A stretch of DNA of 35,216 bases from Oikopleura dioica (taxonomy: Eukaryota > Animalia > Chordata), in the NCBI GenBank assembly GCA_907165135.1, contig CAJRAX010000012.1:1-35216 (forward strand), given 5' to 3'. Position numbers and translations under genes: made by a program. This document shows positions 1-10,700 of this stretch, piece after piece. The notes beneath the pieces are model-generated. The model ran no database searches. It was given only the letters and a program-made list of their open reading frames with translations, and had not been told where the DNA came from. The stretch's first letter is position 1, and every line of letters starts with the position of its first letter.

Positions 1-424
1 TTCGATTAAAATGAACTCAACATCATCTTAAAACGCCAAAAACGCATCAGAATATTTTTGCGATGAAAATGAACTCAACATCATCTAAAATTGCCAAAAA
101 CGCATCAGAATATTTTATCGATGAAAATGAACTCAACATCATCTAAAACGCCAAAAACGCATCAGAATATTTTTTCGATTAAAATGAACTCAACATCATC
201 TAAAACGCCAAAAAACGCATCAGAATATTTTTCGATGAAAATGAACTCAACATTATCTAAAAACGCCAAAAACGCATCAGAATATTTTTTCGATGAAAAT
301 GAACTCAACATCATCTTAAAAGGCCAAAAAACGCATCAGAATATTTTTTCGATGAAAATGAACTCAACATCATCTAAAAACGCCAAAAAATGCATCCGAA
401 TATTTTTCCGATGTAAATGAACTC
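1..424 (+). repeat. ~59-bp tandem satellite, A-rich strand on +
   Basis: Head-to-tail copies of GATGAAAATGAACTCAACATCATCTAAAAACGCCAAAAA(A)CGCATCAGAATATTTTT(T)C; the array runs off the window start. Confidence 0.98.
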
Positions 425-1442
425 TGATGCCAATTAGCTGCAAATTAATCTCTAAGCTAGAATCCTGCGAAGAATGAGGCTAAAATTCGAAACGTGGCTG
501 TATTATTTTGGGTTTGAAGAGAGTGATTTTTAAATTTTCAAAATTTCAATTTCGCATTTCGCGCAGGTGCTATTACTTCCAAATAAGGCGCAGCGCATTT
601 CGCGCCGATGTTTTTCTTTCCAAATTAGGCGCAGCGCTTTCGCGCATTTGTTTTCTTCGCTGATTTCAATTTCGCTCCAACAGCCACGTTCGCTTCAAAT
701 TTTATCGCAAGAATCGAATTTAATCAATAAGTTCAATTTCCAACTATGTTGCCATATCCCTTATCAATAAAAATTCTATTCGTTCATATTTTTACCAAAG
801 CCAGTTCCATGTTCGTTGTCAGTCCATTGCGTTGTCGTTGTCGTTGAAGAAGAAGTCGCCGCCATTGTTGAAGCTGCAGTTTTGTCGGTTTTAAGGAGAA
901 TGGTCAGTTAATCCTAAAGCGAGCCAAAAAGGTGTTCAATCAATTTTGCCTACCAGGAGCACTTACAGACAGCGCCATCCCGAGGAGCACGGGGTCACAC
1001 TGTCAAGCCGCTTAAAGCGGAACTCAGCTAGAGGATGAATTTATCATGCAACAGCTTCGTTGTAGTTGAAGAAGAATACCAATTGATTTGTCCAATTGTC
1101 GAAAAGATGTTGTCGTTTGAAAGAGTCAGCTTGATTCATCAAATAATAATTACCAGAGCAGAATATTGAAAAACTAAAGTGTGAGCACTAGAATTTGTTA
1201 ACAAAAACCGTCGAAACGGGTGGCTAATGTGCCTTTTTTGAGTGTGAAATAACGCGTACGTTATGAAGGAAAAATAGAGATTTTATGAACTCATGCAATA
1301 TCCGAGATTTGGCTCCAAAATCATCAGAACAATTTAACCGTGAATTTCATGCTTAATCAACCTAATTGGCGCAAAATTATTTGTGAGAAGTAAATTCAAT
1401 TTTTATTTTTTTTTCTCTTGGTTCTTTCCCGTATTCGTATCA
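425..1442 (-). mobile_element. Solo LTR (1018 bp) of a subfamily related to element 1
   Basis: Termini TGATG...TATCA (TG..CA). 5-bp TSD AACTC at 420-424 and 1443-1447. Colinear similarity to element 1 LTR 6574-7632 in the same orientation. No internal domain. Confidence 0.93.
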
Positions 1443-2700
1443 AACTCAACATCATCTAAAAACGCCAAAAAACGCATCAGAATATTTTTTCGATGAAAAT
1501 GAACTCAACATCATCTAAAAACGCCAAAAACGCATCAGAATATTTTTTCGATGAAAATGAACTCAACATCATCTAAAAACGCCAAAAAACGCATCAGAAT
1601 ATCTTTTCAATGAAAATGAACTCAACATCATCTTAAAACGCCAAAAAACGCATCAGAATCTTTTCTTGATGAAAATGAACTCAACATCATCTAAAAACGC
1701 CAAAAAACGCATCAGAATATTTTTTCGATTAAAATGAACTCAACATCATCTAAAAGCGCCAAAAAACGCATCAGAATATTTTTTCGATGAAAATGAACTC
1801 AACATCATCTAAAAACGCCGAAAAACGCATCAGAATATTTTTCCGATGAAAATGAACTCAACATCATCTTAAAAGGCCAAAAAACGCATCAGAATATTTT
1901 TTCGATGAAAATGAACTCAACATCATCTAAAAACGCCAAAAAACGCATCAGAATATTTTTTCGATGAAAATGAACTCAACATCATCTAAAAACGCCAAAA
2001 AACGCATCAGAATATTTTTCCGATGAAAATGAACTCAACATCATCTAAAAACGCCAAAAACGCATCAGAATATTTTTCGATTAAAATGAACTCAACATCA
2101 TCTAAAAACGCCAAAAACGCATCAGAATATTTTTCGATGAAAATGAACTCAACATCATCTAAAAACGCCAAAAACGCATCAGAATATTTTTAAATGAAAA
2201 TGAACTCAACATTATCTAAAAACGCCAAAAACGCATCAGAATATTTTTCGATGAAAATGAACTCAACATCATCTTAAAAAGGCCATAAAACGCATCAGAA
2301 TATATTTTCGATGAAAATGAACTCAACATCATTTAAAAACGCCAAAAAACGCATCAGAATATTTTTTCGATGAAAATGAACTCAACATCATCTAAAAACG
2401 CCAAAAAATGCATCAGAATATTTTTCCGATGTAAATGAACTCAACATCATCTAAAAACGCCAAAAAACGCATCAGAATATTTTTTCGATGAAAATGAACT
2501 CAACATCATCTAAAAACGCCAAAAACGCATCAGAATATTTTTCGATGAAAATGAACTCAACATCATCTAAAAACGCCAAAAAACGCATCAGAATATTTTT
2601 TCAATGAAAATGAACTCAACATCATCTTAAAACGCCAAAAAACGCATCAGAATCTTTTCTCGATGAAAATGAACTCAACATCATCTAAAAACGCCAAAAA
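1443..2700 (+). repeat. ~59-bp satellite, + orientation
   Basis: Resumes at the TSD; about 21 monomers up to the inversion junction at 2700/2701. Confidence 0.98.
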
Positions 2701-5700
2701 TTTCATTTTCATCGCAAAAATATTCTGATGCGTTTTTTGGCGTTTTTAGATGATGTTGAGTTCATTTTCATCGAAAAAATATTCTGATGCGTTTTTTGGC
2801 GTTTTTAGATGATGTTGAGTTCATTTTCATCGAAAAAATATTCTGATGCGTTTTTTGGCGTTTTTAGATGATGTTGAGTTCATTTTCATCGAAAAAATAT
2901 TCTGATGCGTTTTTGGCGTTTTAAGATGATGTTGAGTTCATTTTCATCGAAAAAATATTCTGATGCGTTTTTTGGCGTTTTTAGATGATGTTGAGTTCAT
3001 TTTCATCGAAAAAATATTCTGATGCGTTTTTTGGCGTTTTTAGATGATGTTGAGTTCATTTTCATCGAAAAATATTCTGATGCGTTTTTTGGCGTTTTTT
3101 GATGATGTTGAGTTCATTTTCATCGAAAAAATATTCTGATGCGTTTTTGGCGTTTTTAGATGATGTTGAGTTCATTTTCATCGAAAAAATATTCTGATGC
3201 GTTTTTTGGCGTTTTTTGATGATGTTGAGTTCATTTTCATCGAAAAAATATTCTGATGCGTTTTTTGGCGTTTTTAGATGATGTTGAGTTCATTTTCATC
3301 GAAAAAATATTCTGATGCGTTTTTTGGCGTTTTTAGATGATGTTGAGTTCATTTTCATCGAAAAAATATTCTGATGCGTTTTTGGCGTTTTTAGATGATG
3401 TTGAGTTCATTTTCATCGAAAAAATATTCTGATGCGTTTTTTGGCGTTTTTAGATGATGTTGAGTTCATTTTCATCGAAAAATATTCTGATGCGTTTTTG
3501 GCGTTTTAAGATGATGTTGAGTTCATTTTCATCGAAAAATATTCTGATGCGTTTTTTGGCGTTTTTAGATGATGTTGAGTTCATTTTCATCGCCAAAAAA
3601 TATTCTGATGCGTTTTTGGCGTTTTTAGATGATGTTGAGTTCATTTTCATCGAAAAATATTCTGATGCGTTTTTGGCGTTTTTAGATGATGTTGAGTTCA
3701 TTTTCATCGGAAAAATATTCTGATGCATTTTTTGGCGTTTTTAGATGATGTTGAGTTCATTTTCATCGAAAAATATTCTGATGCGTTTTTGGCGTTTTTA
3801 AATGATGTTGAGTTCATTTTCATCGAAAAATATTCTGATGCGTTTTTGGCGTTTTAAGATGATGTTGAGTTCATTTTCATCGAAAAATATTCTGATGCGT
3901 TTTTTGGCGTTTTTAGATGATGTTGAGTTCATTTTCATCGAAAAATATTCTGATGCGTTTTTTGGCGTTTTAAGATGATGTTGAGTTCATTTTCATCGAA
4001 AAATATTCTGATGCTTTTTTGGCGTTTTTAGATGATGTTGAGTTCATTTTCATTGAAAAAATATTCTGATGCGTTTTTGGCGTTTTTTTTTTGATGATGT
4101 TGAGTTCATTTTCATCGGAAAAATATTCTGATGCGTTTTTTGGCGTTTTTAGATGATGTTGAGTTCATTTTCATCGAAAAAATATTCTGATGCGTTTTTG
4201 GCGTTTTTAAAATGATGTTGAGTTCATTTTCATCGAAAAATATTCTGATGCGTTTTTGGCGTTTTAAGATGATGTTGAGTTCATTTTCATCGAAAAAATA
4301 TTCTGATGCGTTTTTGGCGTTTTTAGATGATGTTGAGTTCATTTTCATCGAAAAAATATTCTGATGCGTTTTTGGCGTTTTAAGATGATGTTGAGTTCAT
4401 TTTCATCGAAAAAATATTCTGATGCTTTTTTGGCGTTTTAAGATGATGTTGAGTTCATTTTCATCGAAAAAATATTCTGATGCTTTTTTGGCGTTTTAAG
4501 ATGATGTTGAGTTCATTTTCATCGAAAAATATTCTGATGCTTTTTTTGGCGTTTTTAGATGATGTTGAGTTCATTTTCATCGAAAAAATATTCTGATGCT
4601 TTTTTGGCGTTTTTAGATGATGTTGAGTTCATTTTCATCGAAAAATATTCTGATGCGTTTTTGGCGTTTTTGATGATGTTGAGTTCATTTTCATCGGAAA
4701 AATATTCTGATGCGTTTTTGGCGTTTTTAGATGATGTTGAGTTCATTTTTATCGAAAAAATATTTTGATGCGTTTTTTGGCGTTTTTTGATGATGTTGAG
4801 TTCATTTTCATCGAAAAAATATTCTGATGCGTTTTTTGGCGTTTTTAAAATGATGTTGAGTTTATTTTCATCGAAAAAATATTCTAATGCGTTTTTTGGC
4901 GTTTTAAGATGATGTTGAGTTCATTTTCATCGAAAAAATATTCTGATGCTTTTTTTGGCGTTTTTAGATGATGTTGAGTTCATTTTCATTGAAAAAATAT
5001 TCTGATGCGTTTTTTGGCGTTTTTTGATGATGTTGAGTTCATTTTCATCGGAAAAATATTCTGATGCGTTTTTTGGCGTTTTTAGATGATGTTGAGTTCA
5101 TTTTCATCGAAAAAATATTCTGATGCGTTTTTGGCGTTTTTTGATGATGTTGAGTTCATTTTCATCGAAAAAATATTCTGATGCGTTTTTTGGCAATTTT
5201 AGATGATGTTGAGTTCATTTTCATCGCAAAAATATTCTGATGCGTTTTTTGGCGTTTTTAGATGATGTTGAGTTCATTTTAATCGAAAAAATATTCTGAT
5301 GCGTTTTTGGCGTTTTTTGATGATGTTGAGTTCATTTTCATCGCAAAAATATTCTGATGCGTTTTTTGGCGTTTTTAGATGATGTTGAGTTCATTTTAAT
5401 CGAAAAAATATTCTGATGCGTTTTTTTGGCGTTTTTTGATGATGTTGAGTTCATTTTTATCGAAAAAATATTCTGATGCGTTTTTGGCGTTTTTAGATGA
5501 TGTTGAGTTCATTTCCATCGAAAAAATATTCTGATGCGTTTTTGGCGTTTTTAGATGATGTTGAGTTCATTTTCATCGAAAAATATTCTGATGCGTTTTT
5601 GGCGTTTTTAGATGATGTTGAGTTCATTTTCAAAAAAAATATTCTGATGCGTTTTTGGCGTTTTTAGATGATGTTGAGTTCATTTTCATCGAAAAAATAT

Positions 5701-6382
5701 TCTGATGCGTTTTTGGCGTTTTTAGATGATGTTTGAGTTCATTTTAATCGAAAAAATATTCTGATGCGTTTTTTGGCGTTTTTAGAGGATGTTGAGTTCA
5801 TTTTCATCCAAAAATATTCTGATGCATTTTTTGGCGTTTTTAGATGATGTTGAGTTCATTTTCATCGAAAAATATTCTGATGCGTTTTTCGGCGTTTTTA
5901 GATGATGTTGAGTTCATTTTCATCGAAAAAATATTCTGATGCGTTTTTGGCGTTTTTAGATGATGTTGAGTTCATTTTCATCGAAAAATATTCTGATGCG
6001 TTTTTGGCGTTTTTAGATGATGTTGAGTTCATTTTCATCGGAAAAATATTCTGATGCGTTTTTTGGCGTTTTTAAATAATGTTGAGTTCATTTTCATCGA
6101 AAAAATATTCTGATGCGTTTTTGGCGTTTTTAAATGATGTTGAGTTCATTTTCATCGAAAATATATTCTGATGCGTTTTATGGCGTTTTAAGATGATGTT
6201 GAGTTCATTTTCATCGAAAAAATATTCTGATGCGTTTTTGGCGTTTTTGATGATGTTGAGTTCATTTTCATCGAAAAAGTATTCTGATGCGTTTTTGGCG
6301 TTTTTGATGATGTTGAGTTCATTTTCATCGAAAAAATATTCTGATGCGTTTTTCGGCCTTTTAAGATGATGTTGAGTTCATT
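2701..6382 (-). repeat. ~59-bp satellite, inverted orientation
   Basis: Monomers read as the reverse complement (GATGATGTTGAGTTCATTTTCATCGAAAAAATATTCTGATGCG...). Confidence 0.98.
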
Positions 6383-6391
6383 CATCTTCAA

Positions 6392-6573
6392 AACATCATC
6401 TTCAAAGGCCAAAAACGCATCAGAATATTTTTCGATGAGAATGAACTCAACATCATCTAAAAACGCCAAAAAACGCATCAGAATATTTTTGCGATGAAAA
6501 TGAACTCAACATCATCAAAAAACGCCAAAAACGCATCAGAATATTTTTTCGATTAAAATGAACTCAACATCAT
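6392..6573 (+). repeat. ~59-bp satellite, + orientation (3 monomers)
   Basis: Orientation flips back after a short filler at 6383-6391; ends in the element 1 TSD ATCAT (6569-6573). Confidence 0.95.
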
Positions 6574-7632
6574 TGATGCCAATTACTCTAATTTATGACT
6601 CTCTAATCTAACTGCGTCTTGCAAAGGATAAGGCCTTAAAATACGAAATGTGGCTTTATTATTTTGGTTATGAAGAGAGTGAAATTGCAATACAAATTTT
6701 TCAGAATTGCAAATTTTGCAGGTGCAAATATTTCCAAATAAGGCATTTCGCGCATTTCGCGCATATGTTTTTCTTTTCAATAATGACGCGGCGCTTTCGC
6801 GCCATTGTTATTTTCTTTTCATCAAATTGGTCGCAATCGCCACGCTCGTAATTATTGTTTTTTCTTGGTCAAAGTTAATTTAAAATCATATCAAGAGATC
6901 AACTTCCCACTATGTGGCCATATCACTCTTGATAGAATTTTTTATCAATTTTAATTTTACTTGGTCCAAGTCCGTTTCCATAATCGTTGTCAGTCCATTG
7001 CGTCGTCGTTGTCGTCGTTGTAGTAGCTGGAGGTGTCGCCGCCATCGTTGAAGCTGCAGTTTTGTCGGTTTTGAGGAAAATGGTCAGTAGTCCTAAAGCG
7101 AGCCAAAAAAGTGTTCAATCAATTTTGCCTACCAGGAGCACTTACAGACAGCGCCATCCCGCGGGTCACGGGGTCACACTGTCAAGCCGCAGGAGCGGAA
7201 CTCAGCTAGAGGATGATAATTCATGCAACAGCTCCGTTGAAATCATAGAAGAGAGCCAATTGAAGTATTTTCCTATAAGCAGAATAATGCATTTCCAAAG
7301 CAGTCCGAGTCGTTGTTGATATCAAGGAAGAGACGAATTGTTTCATCAAAAATAATTACCAGTCAGAAAGAATAAATTGAACACTAGAAAGTTAAATAAA
7401 ACCGCCGAAACGGGTGGCTAAGGTGCCTTTAGAGAATGTGAAATAACGCGTACGTTATAAATGAGAAATATAGATTTTGATGAACTCATGCTATCCAAAG
7501 ATTTGGCTCCATAAATCTTCAGTTCGTTTAACTAGTGATTTTCATGCAAAATCAACCTAATTGGCGAAATTCGGGCCGTGAGTGGAAGGATTCAATTTTT
7601 ATCTTTTATGTTCTTTTTCGCTATTCTTATCA
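6574..7632 (-). repeat. Element 1 3' LTR (1059 bp)
   Basis: Direct repeat of 13369-13971 with 4 substitutions over the 603 shared bp; termini TGATG/TATCA. Confidence 0.95.
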
Positions 7633-7706
7633 GTATGACCCGTTGTGGGTATCTTTTTTTATTATTATAATTTGGAGCTTCTTTTACGAAAAAAAACTAT
7701 TGAATC

Positions 7707-10700
7707 TTAAAATTTTGGTCCAAAAAAAAGCTCGTTGTTTTTTCTTAGATGATTTGGATACAGTTGTTCAAAGGAAATTTTAACAAATTCGATCATTTCA
7801 GTTTTGTTTTGAATAGCAGTTTTTGGAAGTTTGTATTCAGAAATCAGGACCTTTAATTCGGGTTTTGTCAAATCGTAAAGAGTTTTCTCCTTTTTCAAGT
7901 TTAGAACTGAAAAAAACAAAAACTCTCCAGATTCGCTTTTTCGCCAATTAGGGTGATTCTTTCGGATATACTCTCTTATTTTAATTCTTAATTCACCTAC
8001 AGATTCCGTTGTAGTATAAAAGACCTCAAACTTATACAAAATATACCTAAGGGCTTCTCTCGTTAGCTCTCCTAGTTTCAAAATACACCCTTTCTCAATG
8101 TCCTCATCCTCCCTAATTCGTTCTTCAATATTTTTGAAAAATTCAATATCCTTATTCTCAAATTTAAAAGCGATAGAAAGATTAAAATTTTGCTCACATA
8201 TCATTTCTGAACAATCACTGGCTTCAGAATAAGAATTTTCCATATCTAAAATTTCTAAATTTGGAATTTTTGAAGAGGGATTCGAATCTTTTGATGATTC
8301 TCTTTCTCTTTTTCGATCATTTTGTAGGCCTTCACCCTCGTTTGGATTACTTAATTCAAGTTCTCCCTCCCGATTAGCCGTTATGTCCAATTTGTCATAT
8401 GAAATTAGATGTTCCGAATTATTATCAATCTGATTATGAACCGTTTCTGTCTCAATTTCAGAATCAAGTGTGACTTCCCAATGAGAATGCTCTTCTATTT
8501 CCCATTCAGAATCACAAATCGAATTCGATTCTCGTGGCAAAAAATCGTCAGGTTTTGGGATCTCATCCATAATTGACGAATTTATAGTTCCATTTACCGT
8601 TATATTTTGGTTCTCTATAATTGAAACAATAGAGTCTTCTTCGTGAAAAGAGTCAATTGATTCTAGTGTTTCAATTATAAAATCTGTAAATATATTTTCA
8701 AAAATTCCTTCGACAGAAAGAGAGACGAGCTTTTCGTACGCATTCTCCAGAAACTTTTCCTCGGAAGATAAACTTACTGGGGAATACGAACAATTTGGAA
8801 AATTTTCATGGAATCCTGAAGAATAGTTTTCGGACGTTTCTGTATCATATTGAGCGTCGGGGGAAAAACTCGGAATGCCCGAGCTTACTGTAATTTCCTT
8901 CCTATCATTATATTTTTTGAGATGATCGGCGTGTCTCCGATATTCTTTTTCCCCAGATCTGACCGTGTACCACGTCCCCTCCGTGGAGCTACTAGTAACT
9001 TCATATGGGCCTAAAAAAGCTGGTTTTTTAGCGTGAAAATTTTTAATGAGAACTTGATCACCGACCTTATATTTAACAAATTTAGGATTAGAAAATTTTT
9101 CAAGCCTGATTTGCTTCTCTTCGTCCAATAATTTCTTGATCGATTCAAAATTAATTTGTTCTCGTTCATGGTAAATCCTGTAATTTGGGTCAAAAATATC
9201 ATGAGGGTGCTTAAATCCAAATTGAAGCGAGAATGGAGATGTTTTAGTGACCGAATGCTGTGAAGTATTTAAATCATGGACAATTTCTTGCAAAAATAAA
9301 TCCCAGTTTTTATAATCACATTTAGCTCGCAGTCTACTTTTTAGGGTTCTATTAAAATTTTCAACTTAACCATTTGTTGATGGATGTCTCGGTGGTGTAA
9401 AATGGGGCTCAATCGAATTTTCTTTCATAAATTTTTCCATTTCAGAATGCTCTCGAGCATTATCTAGAATAACCTTTTTTGGGAAATAAGGATTTTTGAA
9501 AATAATGCTCTTAAATTTTCCAAGAAGATATTTTGAATCTCGAGATTTAAGCGGTTCACAATAGCCAAATTTAGAGAAAAAATCAATCATAACTAAAACA
9601 TATTTATTTCCAAAATCAGTTGGAGGAAGCGTGATAAGGTCAAATCCAAAAACTTCGAAGGGTCCGTCTGGAGTTTTGAATGATAATATTGGAGCTTTAT
9701 TGGGATGAAAATTAGGCTTATCTTTCTGGCAAAACGGGCAAGTTTTTATAAATTCTTTTATACCATTACGCATTCGCGGCCAAATATATTTCATTGAAAT
9801 TTTTGCAAAAACTTGGTCGATTCCTGCGTGGCAATAGTCATGATAATTTTTTATTATTTCATTTTCGATATCCTTCGGCACGAGAACGCGACGATTATTA
9901 AATTCGTCAATGTAGGCTATTTCTCCACTTTCCAAAAAGGTCAATTTATCTCTCAAAAACGAATAAAAATTTATGTCCCCTTTGGGATTATTTGGCCATC
10001 TATCAATTTGCACGTATTTTCGAATTTCACTAAGTGTTGGGTCTAATTTTTGGATTTCACAAAATTTTTCTTGGGAAATTTGAATCGAATTAAGACTGAC
10101 CTTATGTGAATTATTTCTACTCAAACAATCGCTAATTTTCATTTTTGATGAAGATTTTTGAATAGTTCGAAAGCAGAATCCCTGAATTTCAGTAATCCAT
10201 CTAGCAATTTTTTGATTATTTGTCCTAAGCGATCTTATATATTTTATATTCGAATTGTCTGTTATCCAGTCGAATTCCGTATAAGAGAAATAAACAGCCC
10301 ATTTTGTCATACAAGTTTTTGCAGAGTATAATTCCTTTTCGATAATTGTGTACTTTGACTGTGTTTCATTAAAATTTCCACTATTATAACCAACAGGGAC
10401 CAAACAATCTGTAGAATGATGATGATTCTCGTCCCGACATTTTTGATCACAAATATACAGTACTCCGCCGTAGCCAAGAGAGGATGCATCTGTTTCTAAA
10501 ACAAAAACGCCTTGATCGGCTGGGGGAATTCTCAACTTCATTGCATTATTGCAAATTATTTCTTTGAGTTGTAAAAATGCTTGGGTGGCCTCATTCGTCC
10601 AGCAGAACGAATTTCTATATGTTTTTGTTATCGGTAATGCAATTGCCGCAAAATTTTTAATAAATCTTCTATGATAATTTAAAAGTCCAAAAAGACTTTG

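Noticed and set aside
2341-2400. CENP-B box in the monomer
   Set aside because: TTCG is present but the required downstream A..CGGG is not.
2701-6382. CRISPR array
   Set aside because: Monomers are contiguous with no unique spacers, there are no cas genes, and the context is eukaryotic LTR elements.
91-6478. Many 60-110 aa ORFs (MKMNSTSSKNAKNASEYF..., MMLSSFSSK...) here and in the later satellite blocks
   Set aside because: These are translations of the 59-bp satellite; frames open and close with A/T-run length.
6987-7319. Val-rich 110-aa ORF (also 15822-16154 and 19484-19768)
   Set aside because: These are antisense shadows of the ACG/ACA tract in the LTR, with alternative start codons and no other conservation.
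8204-8960. Chromodomain after the GPY motif
   Set aside because: No aromatic-cage chromodomain pattern is seen; the region is acidic low-complexity sequence.
7707-9293. Separate ORF3 or env gene
   Set aside because: It is in frame with pol across a single stop, begins inside the integrase, and has no signal peptide or transmembrane segment.
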